Source: a virus (Duplodnaviria > Caudoviricetes). Taken from it: DNA of 63,198 bases. The position numbers were made by a program, and so were the translations under genes. Positions 1 to 9,779 of this stretch are shown in pieces. The notes below the pieces were generated by a model. It saw only the letters and a list, made by a program, of their open reading frames with translations. It had not been told where the DNA came from and did not search any database. How positions within the stretch are numbered: the first letter of the stretch is position 1; each line of letters begins with the position of its first letter. The stretch spans positions 1-63,198 of IMG/VR virus record IMGVR_UViG_3300035136_000041. One strand, written 5' to 3'.

Positions 1-19
1 CGGTGGTCGCCGTATCATT
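1..19 (-). other. Illumina P5 adapter remnant (assembly artefact)
   Basis: CGGTGGTCGCCGTATCATT is the reverse complement of the P5 start AATGATACGGCGACCACCG; identity with the contig end begins only at base 20. Confidence 0.95.
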
Positions 20-145
20 ACGCCCAATGTTTAGATGGGCACACACAGAGATAGAGACAGGTCATCTTGGCCCTGGTGGGCACCAATACTGGGAGGTTTG
101 GCGTTGTCTTAAATGTGGTAAAGAACTCGATCCATACCCACGCCC
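20..145 (+). repeat. Terminal direct repeat, copy 1 (circular overlap)
   Basis: 126 bp identical to 63073-63198. Confidence 0.97.
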
Positions 146-449
146 ATGGAGATGGCTGTGGGTTCGTGTGAAACGTACTGATCTGCGTAATGAAATATTC
201 GAGCCATCATGGTGGCTTGGCTCTGTAGGATCGTTGCAACACTGGTATGATGCTTCTGTGCTGTTTACGGTAATTCCGCTTAATAGAATCGTTGACGCCG
301 CTGTGCGAATCTACCACTGGCTGCGGTACTGCCATGGAGATAAGTGGTCGTCAGACCTTGCAGAGAGTTACCAACGCGGAAAGAGAGAGGGCGAAGCTAA
401 CGCAATGATTGCCGCCACTCCAAAGGTAATAAATAGAGTGGAGATCTAG
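20..449 (+). CDS. Hypothetical protein, 3' part (true start at ATG 63050 across the circular junction)
   Basis: MKRPRCCKRPMFRWAH... from 63050 is in frame with ORF 3..449 through the overlap; CxxC motif. Confidence 0.7.
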
Positions 450-1162
450 TGCCACCTGAATACACATTCCCAGGCCCAGTACCTCAGGAGGCTTTGGATT
501 ATTTTGAAGCGAAGGGTCTGCAGGTCGGCTTTAATTGGTACGAAGTTTGGGCCGAGGAGCACAACTGCGCCTTTACGGCCGCCAAAATCCTTGAGCTCGA
601 CATTCTTGCGACAATGAGAGGACTTGTCGAACGTGCTATCGAGGAAGGCAAAACGTTCGAGACTTGGCGCAAAGAAGTAAAGCCGCTGTTGGACAAAAGC
701 GGATGGAGTAACTACGGAACAGCAAAGACAGAGAAGCACCGCATGCGAATCATTTACAACACCAACATGCGAACTGCGAGAGCAACTGGCCAGTGGCAAC
801 GGATCGAGAGGACGATAACGCTGCTCCCATTCCTGACGTACGAGTTGGGACCTGCTGTAAAGCATACTGATATGTGTATGTCATGGGAAGGAACAACGCT
901 GCCCGCTACGGATCCATGGTGGATCGATCACTTCCCGCCGAATCACTACGGTTGTACAGCGAATATAATACAGGAAGGACTACGCGAAGTTGAGCAGCGT
1001 GGGGGGCCGAGTGAGAGACCACCGAGTTATGACGTCGAGTGGAAATTGCCAGACGGGAGACAAGCTACAGCCCCGGTTGGTGTCCACCCCTCCTTCGTGG
1101 CGGTAGGTCACAGCAGAACAGCAGGCCTTGAGCAAGCACTGATAGCAGCGGAGTCGAGATGA
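449..1162 (+). CDS. Mu gpF-like head morphogenesis protein
   Basis: EALDYFEAKGL...AFTAAK...RMRIIYNTNMRTARATGQW...WWIDHFPPNHYGC motifs; lies between portal and protease. Confidence 0.9.
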   Translation: MPPEYTFPGPVPQEALDYFEAKGLQVGFNWYEVWAEEHNCAFTAAKILELDILATMRGLVERAIEEGKTFETWRKEVKPLLDKSGWSNYGTAKTEKHRMRIIYNTNMRTARATGQWQRIERTITLLPFLTYELGPAVKHTDMCMSWEGTTLPATDPWWIDHFPPNHYGCTANIIQEGLREVEQRGGPSERPPSYDVEWKLPDGRQATAPVGVHPSFVAVGHSRTAGLEQALIAAESR

Positions 1163-1377
1163 GAGTCGTAGGCAGAATTTCGCCAGCGAAAGCCGCCCAG
1201 ATGCTCGGGGTCCACGTGAGGACAATTCGTTCGTGGTGCCAGAAAGCGATAGCTGGTGAGCCATCCCACCTGAAAGATGTCAAGCAGCACATTACCGGAT
1301 ACTATTGGGTGAGCCTCGCTGAAGTGAAACGGCTGATGAGGCATAATCCAGCCATGAAAAACTACCGGGACAAGTAG
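1159..1377 (+). CDS. Small HTH DNA-binding protein (excisionase/MerR-like fold)
   Basis: ISPAKAAQMLGVHVRTIRSWC helix-turn-helix. Confidence 0.7.
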   Translation: MRVVGRISPAKAAQMLGVHVRTIRSWCQKAIAGEPSHLKDVKQHITGYYWVSLAEVKRLMRHNPAMKNYRDK

Positions 1378-1386
1378 GATAACCGG

Positions 1387-1410
1387 TACAATACAATACA
1401 TTACAATACG
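1387..1410 (+). repeat. TACAA pentamer tandem upstream of the head genes
   Basis: tacaa tacaa tacat tacaa tacg. Confidence 0.6.
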
Positions 1411-1424
1411 TCTAGCATATAGAC

Positions 1425-2843
1425 GTGACACTACGAGACAGGCAACTTGATCTATTTAGCGTCGACGACGACCGGCCGGCGTTTCTTGCGCTGTGTCAGA
1501 TCGAGCTGACTGCCGATGGTAAGTTGCCAGAGTGGATCCCGCTCGTTCCTGCCGGTGACGCAGACGGTCTTGTTAAGGCGCTAGACGGTAGGAAGTTCTA
1601 CAATAAGGATCCGCAGGCTGTCGTAGATGCATTCAATAAAAGCCCTCTTGATTTACCAGTCGATCTCGAACACTCAACAGAGATAAAAGCCCCAAATGGC
1701 GAGCCGGCTCCCGCGTATGTGTGGGTTGACACGATGGAAGTTCGTGGATCTGGTGAAATTTGGGGACATGTAAAAGAGTGGACCCCGAAGGGTGGCGAGC
1801 TTGTAAGGAATAAAGAATATCGCTACATTTCCCCGGCTTTTCTTTTTGAGAAGGCAACAAAGATCATCACCGATATCGTATCGGCTGCCCTTACCAACCG
1901 GCCAGCTTTGGACATGCCAGCCATTGCTCGGCAGAAAGCTCTCGCCGCACAGTGGACCACGGCATACATCAACGACTTGGCTGACTCGGCGTTTCTCCAC
2001 ATCGAGTCAGGCGGTAAGAAAGACAGCGAAGGCAAGACGGTGCCGCGGTCGTTGCGGCACTTTCCATACAAGGATGCCAGCGGGAAGATCGATCTCCCCC
2101 ATCTCCGCAATGCAATAGCTCGCATCCCACAAGCGAAAATCGAAGGACTTGATGCTGATGCCCTGCAAAAGAAGGCTCAGCGACTTTTGAAACAAGCGCA
2201 GCCCAGCAGGGCAAATGCGTCAATGGAGGCTACGATGGACCGGGAGAAGCTTATCGCAAAGCTGGGGCTCACCGCCGAAGCGACCGACGAGCAAATCATG
2301 GCAGAGCTTGACAAGCTGAAGGCTGGGCCAGAGGCCGAGTTGCAGACTGTCAAGACTGAGCTCGAGACCACGAGGGCAAAGCTCAAGAGCACGGAACAAG
2401 AGTTGGCGAATGCCCGCAGTGCGAATCCTTCTCTAGACAAGTTTGTGCCTCGCTCCGATCACGATGCGGTGGTTGCCAAGTGCAAAGCGCTCGAGAAGGA
2501 GAAGGGCGATGTTGAGAAGGCAGCCTTTCAAAAGGAAGTCGACGTTGAGATCGATGCGGCTATGAAGGCTGGTAAGGTCACTCCAGCAACGAAAGACTTT
2601 TACGTTGCGGCGTGCTCGACGAAGGAAGGGCTCGACAAGTTCAAGGAGTTTGTCAAGGCTGCTACTTCGATCGGCAATCCTTCGCGACTCGAGACCGATC
2701 CGCCTCCGGTACCTACTTCCGATGCAAGGATGAGCGCGGAAGAGGAAAAGATCGCGGCGTCGTTTGGTATGACCCGAGAGGATTATCTCAAGGGGCGAGC
2801 TTCGATGAAGCAAGAAATGACTGGCGCTGTCCAGGCTGGATAA
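1425..2843 (+). CDS. Mu gpI-like prohead protease with C-terminal scaffold (probable internal start at ATG 2235)
   Basis: LPVDLEH, APAYVWV, EWTPKG, EYRYISPAF, AALTNRPAL motifs; GGAGG ribosome-binding site before MDREKLIAKLGL; coiled-coil C-terminus. Confidence 0.9.
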   Translation: MTLRDRQLDLFSVDDDRPAFLALCQIELTADGKLPEWIPLVPAGDADGLVKALDGRKFYNKDPQAVVDAFNKSPLDLPVDLEHSTEIKAPNGEPAPAYVWVDTMEVRGSGEIWGHVKEWTPKGGELVRNKEYRYISPAFLFEKATKIITDIVSAALTNRPALDMPAIARQKALAAQWTTAYINDLADSAFLHIESGGKKDSEGKTVPRSLRHFPYKDASGKIDLPHLRNAIARIPQAKIEGLDADALQKKAQRLLKQAQPSRANASMEATMDREKLIAKLGLTAEATDEQIMAELDKLKAGPEAELQTVKTELETTRAKLKSTEQELANARSANPSLDKFVPRSDHDAVVAKCKALEKEKGDVEKAAFQKEVDVEIDAAMKAGKVTPATKDFYVAACSTKEGLDKFKEFVKAATSIGNPSRLETDPPPVPTSDARMSAEEEKIAASFGMTREDYLKGRASMKQEMTGAVQAG

Positions 2844-2866
2844 CGACAAGAGTCGAGGAGAAGACA

Positions 2867-4381
2867 ATGGCACTTGCAGCTGACAGAAAAGGTTTTGCTT
2901 GGCGTGAACCTCTTGATTTTGAGGGGCCGATGGCGGCTAGCGCCGAATGCTTTTTGTTTGCTTTGCTAGTTCGCGATACCAGCGGCAATATTAAGCCTGC
3001 AACCGCAGCCGCCAGTTTGATTGCATGCGGATTCTGCACTGAATACGCTATCGAGTCGACTGGCGTGGCAGCCGCAAGCAACGTCAAGTACCGCATCGGC
3101 TGCGGTAAAATGAAGAACAGCTCCAGCAACCCGGCTGACAAAAGTCACGTTGGGGACACGCTGTACATCGAAGACGATGAGACCGTGACGACCGACGCGT
3201 CTGGAACCAGTGCAGCTGGTATTTGTGTCGACGTCGAGTCTGATGGTGTGTGGCTTCTCGTGCTTCCGCAAAATCTCGCCGCCACAGGGTTACTTGCCGC
3301 GAACAACTTGAGTGATGTTGGCAGCGCAACGACTGCGGCAACCAATCTCGGATTGGGCACCACGGATTCGCCTACCTTCGCCGACGTTACCACGACCGAC
3401 GATGTAGTTGTCGGCGACGACCTAACGGTCACCGGGCTCGCCACGGTTGGCGAGACGCTTGGAGTCACCGGGATTACCACCTTGGCGGGTTTGCTGAATG
3501 CTGACGGTGGGATCGCGGTCGACACCAACAAGTTTACGGTGTCGGCGGCTGGCGCCGTTGCGGTAGCTAGCACCCTCGAGGTCACTGGGGCGACAACCCT
3601 CAATGCGTTGCTCAACGCCGACGCCGGCATTGCTGTGGACACCAACAAATTCACCGTTAGTGCGGCGGGGGCTGTTGCGGTTGCGAGCACTCTGGCGGTA
3701 GCCGGGGCAGCTACTTTTAGCGGGGCTGCTGCGCTCAACGGTGGTGTGACCTGCGATACTGACAAGTTCACTATCGCCAATGGTACGGGCAACACGGTGA
3801 TCGCTGGGACGCTGGCGGTCGGGAGTACGGCAACCAAGGTATCTGGCACAGTTGGGGTGGACTTCAATGACTGCCGTGTGCACGACAATCTTGCCGCACT
3901 GCTGCCGGTGGCTGGCGCGACTGACGACCTCGGCAACGTGCCGGGAACCGTCGGCACGACTGCCCCGAGTTTGCAGACCGAGGATTTGAAAGCAGCCGGA
4001 GCAACCGACAACAAAGCCGCATTCTTCCTCAAGGTTCCGGATTGGTATCTGCCTGGCTCGACGCTGACTCTAGTCTGCAACGCAGGTATGATCACCACGG
4101 TTTCTGATACCACCGCGACGCTGGACGTTGAGTGCTGGGTGCCCGACTATGCGAACGCTGATGGCACTGTTTCGTCGGACTTGTGCCTAACCGGAGCACA
4201 GAGTATCAACAGTTTGACGTTTGCAGACAAGAGCTTTACGATCGACGACGACGTTGCCGGACACGAAATCGCTCCCGGTGACATTCTGCAGTTTAGAATT
4301 ACGACAGCCGTCAACGACGGGGCGACTGGCACGGCCGTCATTGCCGCAATCAGAAAGATTCATCTCGCTGTTTCCGCGTAG
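2867..4381 (+). CDS. Capsid decoration/cement protein with long repetitive head-fibre-like extension
   Basis: GAGGAG before ATG 2867; MALAADR...VGDTLYIEDDETV...AAGICVDVESDGVW domain typical of the gene between Mu-like protease and capsid; repeated LLNADxGIAVDTNKFTVSAAGAVAVASTL. Confidence 0.75.
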   Translation: MALAADRKGFAWREPLDFEGPMAASAECFLFALLVRDTSGNIKPATAAASLIACGFCTEYAIESTGVAAASNVKYRIGCGKMKNSSSNPADKSHVGDTLYIEDDETVTTDASGTSAAGICVDVESDGVWLLVLPQNLAATGLLAANNLSDVGSATTAATNLGLGTTDSPTFADVTTTDDVVVGDDLTVTGLATVGETLGVTGITTLAGLLNADGGIAVDTNKFTVSAAGAVAVASTLEVTGATTLNALLNADAGIAVDTNKFTVSAAGAVAVASTLAVAGAATFSGAAALNGGVTCDTDKFTIANGTGNTVIAGTLAVGSTATKVSGTVGVDFNDCRVHDNLAALLPVAGATDDLGNVPGTVGTTAPSLQTEDLKAAGATDNKAAFFLKVPDWYLPGSTLTLVCNAGMITTVSDTTATLDVECWVPDYANADGTVSSDLCLTGAQSINSLTFADKSFTIDDDVAGHEIAPGDILQFRITTAVNDGATGTAVIAAIRKIHLAVSA

Positions 4382-4418
4382 AAGTTAACGGAACGGGGAA
4401 GGCAACCGGAGGAAGACA

Positions 4419-5312
4419 ATGATCATCAATTACCACACGATCACCGGGCTCACCGTTGGATTCAGAAATGAATACAACAAGGGTTTCGCTGGGGCAGTTC
4501 CACAGTGGCAGAAAGTAGCCGCTCTGATCCCTTCGATCACGGGGACGAATCAGTACCCATTTCATTCTGCTTTTCCGAAGCTCAGGGAATGGGTCGGTGA
4601 TCGGCAGGCGAAGAATCTGATCGCCTATACCTACTCGCTGCTCAATAAGCCGTTTGAAGGCACGGTGAAGGTTGACAGGCCAAGTATCATCAATGACCAG
4701 TGGGGCGTGTTCAATATGGACATGCAGATGATGGGCTACTCCGCTGGCATGCATCCTGACGAGCTTGTGTTCGGTGCGATTTCGTCCGCGGCTACTGACC
4801 TGTGCTACGATGATCAACCATTCCTCAATGCCAGCCATCCAATCGTTGTTGATGGGGTTGAGACTACAACCAGCAACTACGATTCTACCCCATCGACCAG
4901 CCTTTGGTTGATGCTCGACACCAAAAAGCCGATCAAGCCGTTCATCTACCAGAAGCGCGAGCCATACACATTTGTCATGAAGACTCAGCAGAACGACGAG
5001 AATGTGTTCTGGCGCAATGAGTACGTGTATGGCGTCAATGGGTACGGTGCGGCTGGATACGGATTCTGGCAGCTTGCATATGGCTCGCTCAACACGCTGA
5101 ACGAGACGAACGTCGACGCCTACTATCAGGCAATGATTGCCTTGAAGGATGACGAAGGTCACCCGCTTGGCGTTATGCCTGACACGATTCTTGTCGGTCC
5201 TTCAAACGCGGTTGCTGCCCGCAATCTCGTCAAGAAAGAGCGCCTGGAGAATGGTGAGAGCAATCCTCTCTACGGCGCCTACGACATCGTTCTGACTCCG
5301 TTCCTGACCTAA
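4419..5312 (+). CDS. Mu gpT-like major capsid protein
   Basis: FPKLREWVGDR, NKPFEGTVKVDR, HPDELVF, CYDDQPF, KPFIYQKR, AGYGFWQLAYGS. Confidence 0.95.
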   Translation: MIINYHTITGLTVGFRNEYNKGFAGAVPQWQKVAALIPSITGTNQYPFHSAFPKLREWVGDRQAKNLIAYTYSLLNKPFEGTVKVDRPSIINDQWGVFNMDMQMMGYSAGMHPDELVFGAISSAATDLCYDDQPFLNASHPIVVDGVETTTSNYDSTPSTSLWLMLDTKKPIKPFIYQKREPYTFVMKTQQNDENVFWRNEYVYGVNGYGAAGYGFWQLAYGSLNTLNETNVDAYYQAMIALKDDEGHPLGVMPDTILVGPSNAVAARNLVKKERLENGESNPLYGAYDIVLTPFLT

Positions 5313-5322
5313 GGAGCTTACC

Positions 5323-5796
5323 GTGGCTAAGAAGAAGATTGCCGAGCAGATCGATCCTGAAGACGATGAGCTCGAGGACTTGTCTGAAGACAGTGACGAT
5401 CCTGAAGACGATGAGCTCGAGGAGCTTGAGGATCTGGATGATGGGGAGCCTCGTGCGGAGTCTACTCCAATCCCGTCTGTGCCTGACAAAGCAGATTTAC
5501 TCAACGAAGGGTATTCTGAGGATGAAGCATCTGTCATCGTTAGTCACATGACTGCAATCCACGATGAGATTGTCGAGCTACGCAAGCCAAAGAATTTCGT
5601 TGTAAAGCCAGCTCTAAGGGTTTCCGCAAAGCATACAAAAGGCTTTTGGGTCTGCGGGAAGAAGCTGATGCCAGGCACGCCTTGGGAGGTTCCTATTGAT
5701 CTCCTAGACGAATCCAAGCTAGGAGAAATCAGGACGGTCGAGAAGGGCGGGCATGTCGCGGTCGAGGAGATTGAGCTGGAAGTGGAAGTCGAGTAG
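5323..5796 (+). CDS. Acidic head-associated hypothetical protein
   Basis: AAGGAG before GTG; Asp/Glu-rich duplicated DPEDDELE; follows the capsid gene. Confidence 0.6.
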   Translation: MAKKKIAEQIDPEDDELEDLSEDSDDPEDDELEELEDLDDGEPRAESTPIPSVPDKADLLNEGYSEDEASVIVSHMTAIHDEIVELRKPKNFVVKPALRVSAKHTKGFWVCGKKLMPGTPWEVPIDLLDESKLGEIRTVEKGGHVAVEEIELEVEVE

Positions 5797-5808
5797 TGAG
5801 GTGAGTCA

Positions 5809-6249
5809 GTGGCCTACGCAGTGCAGTCAGATCTTGAGAAGTATTTTGGGGAAGAGCAACTTCTGATTGCCGCCGACCGCGAGGGATCTGGCTCTTTGTC
5901 CGATCCTACCGTCGTTGAAGTTATCGAAGCTGGAATTACAGCCGCAGAGGAAGAGATCGACTCGTACTTAGCGGTACGTTACGATCTGCCCCTTGCTGCA
6001 ACTCCAGGAGTTCTCAAACGCGTCTGTTGCGATTTGGCCATGTATCACATGAGCACGAATCACCCGTCGATGTCTGAGGATAAGGAGACGCGTTACAACA
6101 ATGGTGTGAAATGGCTTGACAGATTGTCCAGAGGCGTGGTCTCGCTCGGCGTTGAAGAAGCCGAGGTGGTTGTTCAGGATGAGCCTGAGATTGCATCTAC
6201 TAGCGAGACTAGGATATTTTCCCGCACGAAATTGGCAGGGCTGCTATGA
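5809..6249 (+). CDS. Mu gp36-like head-tail connector (DUF1320-type)
   Basis: MAYAVQSDL...EIDSYLAVRYDLPL...CCDLAMY...RY...WL...G.VSLG. Confidence 0.9.
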   Translation: MAYAVQSDLEKYFGEEQLLIAADREGSGSLSDPTVVEVIEAGITAAEEEIDSYLAVRYDLPLAATPGVLKRVCCDLAMYHMSTNHPSMSEDKETRYNNGVKWLDRLSRGVVSLGVEEAEVVVQDEPEIASTSETRIFSRTKLAGLL

Positions 6250-6710
6250 GTGGGGTTGCTCTACAAATATCTGAAGTAAAAGGCATGGAAAGAGTACGAA
6301 GTGTGCTCAACAAAATGTCATATTTTCAGATTGTTGATCTACTGGACAACGTTGGGGCTGTAGTCGAGAATCAAGTTCGTAGAAGGATTGTCAGACAAGA
6401 GGGTCCACCTGAAGGTGGAAGATGGGAACCATACAAATGGGGTGGTAGATACATCGCATGGAAAACAAAGATAGGAAAAGGCGATGCGGGTTTTCTAAGG
6501 CTGTATGGTGATTTAGTCGATTCACTAACCCATAATGTCGGCACTGGAAAAGTCGATATTGGCAGCAATCGTGTCTATACTGCTACGATGCAACTTGGTA
6601 GTAAGGATGGAACAATACCCGCCAGACCACTTTTAGGATTGTCGGATGACAACAAGGACGAAGTGGAACGTGCTATTAACACTTGGCTGAAGGAGACAAT
6701 AGGCGTATGA
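6246..6710 (+). CDS. Mu gpG-like virion morphogenesis protein
   Basis: IGSNRVY...QLG...IPARPLLGLS. Confidence 0.85.
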   Translation: MSGVALQISEVKGMERVRSVLNKMSYFQIVDLLDNVGAVVENQVRRRIVRQEGPPEGGRWEPYKWGGRYIAWKTKIGKGDAGFLRLYGDLVDSLTHNVGTGKVDIGSNRVYTATMQLGSKDGTIPARPLLGLSDDNKDEVERAINTWLKETIGV

Positions 6711-7681
6711 GTCTTGTCGCTCTCAGAGATGCAATCGTAGAGAATATTGGGAGCAATATCTCTACGTTTCGTGCTGTGCAGGCGCATGGCGGGCGCTTCT
6801 CTTTGGATGAAATCAAGCGTGTCTCTTTCCCGGAACCCTCATGCCTTGTGGCTGTGTTTGGTGGAAAGACGAAGAGAATAGGCGGAGTATGTGGGTTGTG
6901 TGACGCAGAAGTTGTAGCTTTCATCGTTACCAAAGGTAGCTCTATATCTGTGAGGGATAGAGCGGCTCCATCTCTCGCCGAGGCCGTTGCTCAGCTTGCG
7001 ATCGAGAATACGTGGGGCTGCGACTTTGCCAAAGCTCCAGAAGATGGAGTGATGATCAACAACCTCTATCTGCCGGATATAGATCGCCACCTAGTGTCTC
7101 TATGGTCCGTGTCATGGACGCAGCAAGTCGAGATCGGAACATTCGATCTTACCACGCTTGACGACTTCAACCGTCTGAATGTTCAGGCTGACATAGCCGA
7201 GAGAGATGGGGTCATCGAGCACGAGTTTGACATCTTTCTAAACGGGACTCTCATGAGCGCATATGGACGGGCGTATATCAGTTCGGCTTCGGCAACGTCG
7301 ATCGCGGTGGCTGACGCCTACCAGAAAGTTGCTGGCACGACTACTCTCGTGACGTCTCCTGTCAGCGTCGACGTAGATATGCCTAGCAACAACAGACTTC
7401 GGCATACTGGCTCAGCATCGAAGCCATTCATGATCGAGGCTAACATCTCTGCGGAAGTCAGCGCTGATGCGAAGGTGACATTCGCCTTTGCAAAGAATGG
7501 CACAGTCGACGAGACAGCCGAGGCGGAAGAAGAACTGACTTTAGCTGGCGGTGCTGAATCAATCTCGCTAAAGTCTACTCTTGATCTTGATGAGAATGAC
7601 TATGTCGAGCTCTGGGTGAAGGCTGATGATACTGTGAATGTCACCGTCAACAAAATGAGTCTTGTCGTTGTGGCATCGTAG
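6707..7681 (+). CDS. Mu gp37-like tail terminator with extra C-terminal beta-sandwich domain
   Basis: VQAHGGRFSLDEI, NLY, LWSVSWTQ motifs; about 140 extra residues ending LDLDENDYVELWV. Confidence 0.7.
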   Translation: MSLVALRDAIVENIGSNISTFRAVQAHGGRFSLDEIKRVSFPEPSCLVAVFGGKTKRIGGVCGLCDAEVVAFIVTKGSSISVRDRAAPSLAEAVAQLAIENTWGCDFAKAPEDGVMINNLYLPDIDRHLVSLWSVSWTQQVEIGTFDLTTLDDFNRLNVQADIAERDGVIEHEFDIFLNGTLMSAYGRAYISSASATSIAVADAYQKVAGTTTLVTSPVSVDVDMPSNNRLRHTGSASKPFMIEANISAEVSADAKVTFAFAKNGTVDETAEAEEELTLAGGAESISLKSTLDLDENDYVELWVKADDTVNVTVNKMSLVVVAS

Positions 7682-7689
7682 GAGAAAAC

Positions 7690-7944
7690 ATGGCTCGCAA
7701 ACCAATTGAGAAATTCTTCGTTGTCCCAGGACCATTCGGTCCTGTGCGGGATCCGATAACGATGAGGATGTTATCCGACAAAGGTGAGTGGAAGCCAAAG
7801 AATATGTATTGGCTGCGCAAGGTGAAAATGCGCGACGTGGTTGACAAGACTTCGGAGAAGCGCGCTCACGACAAACAGCCGAAACTAGCGTTGGAGACAG
7901 AGCAGCAAGCCGATCAGAAGCAAAAGAAAGGTGAATCCAAATGA
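7690..7944 (+). CDS. Mu gp38-like protein (DUF2635-type)
   Basis: VRDPITMRML...GEWKP...YWLRKVKMRDVV, directly before the sheath gene. Confidence 0.85.
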   Translation: MARKPIEKFFVVPGPFGPVRDPITMRMLSDKGEWKPKNMYWLRKVKMRDVVDKTSEKRAHDKQPKLALETEQQADQKQKKGESK

Positions 7945-9419
7945 GCATTTCATTCGATCTCATCTCGACGAACCTACGCACTCATGGGGTGTTCACTGAG
8001 TTCTCGAATGCGCGAGCTGTCTCTACCGCTCCGGACATTCCGAGTGTCGCACTGATCATCGGACAACGTTTGGCAGCTGGTACAGTCGCGGCTGAGGTTC
8101 CTATCTCAGTTCCCAGCGCCGCTAAAGGTGAGGAGTATTTCGGTCATGGGTCGATCCTCGCCCATATGATCGATTACTTCAAGGCAGCCAATCCGTATAC
8201 GGAGTTGTGGGCCGTAGCACTCGATGATGATGGCGGCGGGACTGCTGCCACTGGGACGTTTGTGTTTTCCGGCACCGCAACCGATGATGGCGTGGTCTAC
8301 ACGTACATCGGTGGGGAGCGCATCACGACTGCTGTGTCCCTCAATGACGCTGCTGCGACGGTTGGGGCGGCTGTTGTTGCCGACATCACTGCATATGTGG
8401 CCGAGCACAACCTGCCAATTTCCGCGGCCGGCACGTCGACTGTAACGATCACATGCCTCCACAAGGGCACACTTGGAAACTACATCAATCTAGCTCAGAA
8501 TCTGATCCCAGGTGAAGCGTTGCCGGCTGGTATCACTTGCGTCATCACTCAAGTCGGCAGCGTGATTACTGGAGCAACTGATCCTGACGTTGCCGACGCA
8601 ATCACGGCCATCGGTGGATCTTGGTTCCAGACGATCATATCTGCCTACGCCGATGACACCAATCATGACAAACTCGAGGCTATGGCGCTTAGTTGGTGGC
8701 ATCCATATGAGCAAAAGGACACATCGCTATTTATTGGAGCGATTGGAAACCAGGCCGCCCTCACTGCCCTGGGGAATGCGCGCAACAGCCAGTTCACCGT
8801 TCTGATGGGTGGTGGATTGAGCTCGTCTCCGCCGTGGGCTTGGGCGGCAGTGACTGGGGCTGTAGACGCGTATGAGTCTGACCCGGCTCGTCCGAGGCAG
8901 ACTTTGACGCTCACTGGATTGCGTGCTCCAGCGCAGCCTGACATCTTTACGCAGACCGAGCGGAACACTTTGCTCTACGATGGGGTCTCGACGTTTACTG
9001 TGGGTACTGACGGAACGTGCTATATCGAGCGTTTGATCACCACGTACCAGACGAACGCTCTCGGCGTGGTAGACTCGAGTTACCTCAATCAGACTACCAT
9101 GAGGACCTTGGCCGCTTTGAGATACACCTGGAACGCCTGGGTAGCCTTACGCTTCCCGCGAGCCAAGCTTGCTGATGACACAGCCAACGTGCCAACTGGA
9201 CAATCGATTGTCCAACCGAAGACGCTTGTCAGTGAGGCGTTGGCTTGGTTCCGGTGGTGCGAGACCGAAAAAGGTTGGGTTGAGAACTGGGAGCAGTTCA
9301 AGGATGACCTGCTCATCGAGAGAGACTTGACCGACAAAGACAGAGTCAACATGCGCATGTCTCCCGACCTCATGAATCAATTCCGAGTCTTGGCTGGGCA
9401 GATTCAGTATCTACTATAA
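7941..9419 (+). CDS. Tail sheath protein (Mu gpL-like)
   Basis: GVFTEFSN, FGHGSIL, DPARPRQTLTL, ERNTLLYDGVSTF, IERLITTYQ, FPRAKLADD. Confidence 0.95.
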   Translation: MSISFDLISTNLRTHGVFTEFSNARAVSTAPDIPSVALIIGQRLAAGTVAAEVPISVPSAAKGEEYFGHGSILAHMIDYFKAANPYTELWAVALDDDGGGTAATGTFVFSGTATDDGVVYTYIGGERITTAVSLNDAAATVGAAVVADITAYVAEHNLPISAAGTSTVTITCLHKGTLGNYINLAQNLIPGEALPAGITCVITQVGSVITGATDPDVADAITAIGGSWFQTIISAYADDTNHDKLEAMALSWWHPYEQKDTSLFIGAIGNQAALTALGNARNSQFTVLMGGGLSSSPPWAWAAVTGAVDAYESDPARPRQTLTLTGLRAPAQPDIFTQTERNTLLYDGVSTFTVGTDGTCYIERLITTYQTNALGVVDSSYLNQTTMRTLAALRYTWNAWVALRFPRAKLADDTANVPTGQSIVQPKTLVSEALAWFRWCETEKGWVENWEQFKDDLLIERDLTDKDRVNMRMSPDLMNQFRVLAGQIQYLL

Positions 9420-9431
9420 GAGGAGAACATC

Positions 9432-9776
9432 ATGGCCGTAACTGGAATCATCAAACTGTACGTCAATGGTAAGTTGCAAAACACCGTTGAAGATCCAGCC
9501 ATTACTTTGGGCGGGAAGAAGCGCGAGATTATCAAAGGACACAAAATCTACGGCCCAAAGGAATCACTAGAGCCGGGGGCGGTCAAATACAAAATCGCCC
9601 ATATGAGCGATACAGACCTCGATGAACTGAGGAATCTGACCGACGCCACGGTGAAATACGAATGCGACACAGGCCCATCGTATTTGATCACTAATGGTTG
9701 CACTACTGAGCTACTTGAGTTAAGTGGTGGCATGGTTGACGTTGAGATCCAAGGCGATCCAGCCGAGGAGGAGTAA
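9432..9776 (+). CDS. Tail tube protein (Mu gpM-like)
   Basis: 114 aa after the sheath; LGGKKRE, DATVKYECDTG. Confidence 0.85.
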   Translation: MAVTGIIKLYVNGKLQNTVEDPAITLGGKKREIIKGHKIYGPKESLEPGAVKYKIAHMSDTDLDELRNLTDATVKYECDTGPSYLITNGCTTELLELSGGMVDVEIQGDPAEEE

Positions 9777-9779
9777 CAC

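Noticed and set aside
1-19. Unique 5' end and the N-terminus MVAVSL of ORF 3..449
   Set aside because: Illumina adapter sequence, not biological
20-145. Terminal repeat as a physical genome end
   Set aside because: It falls inside a gene and has the size of a typical assembler overlap; it indicates circularity only
2612-2866. Long N-terminal extension of ORF 2612..4381
   Set aside because: It overlaps the scaffold gene; the ribosome-binding site and homology start at 2867
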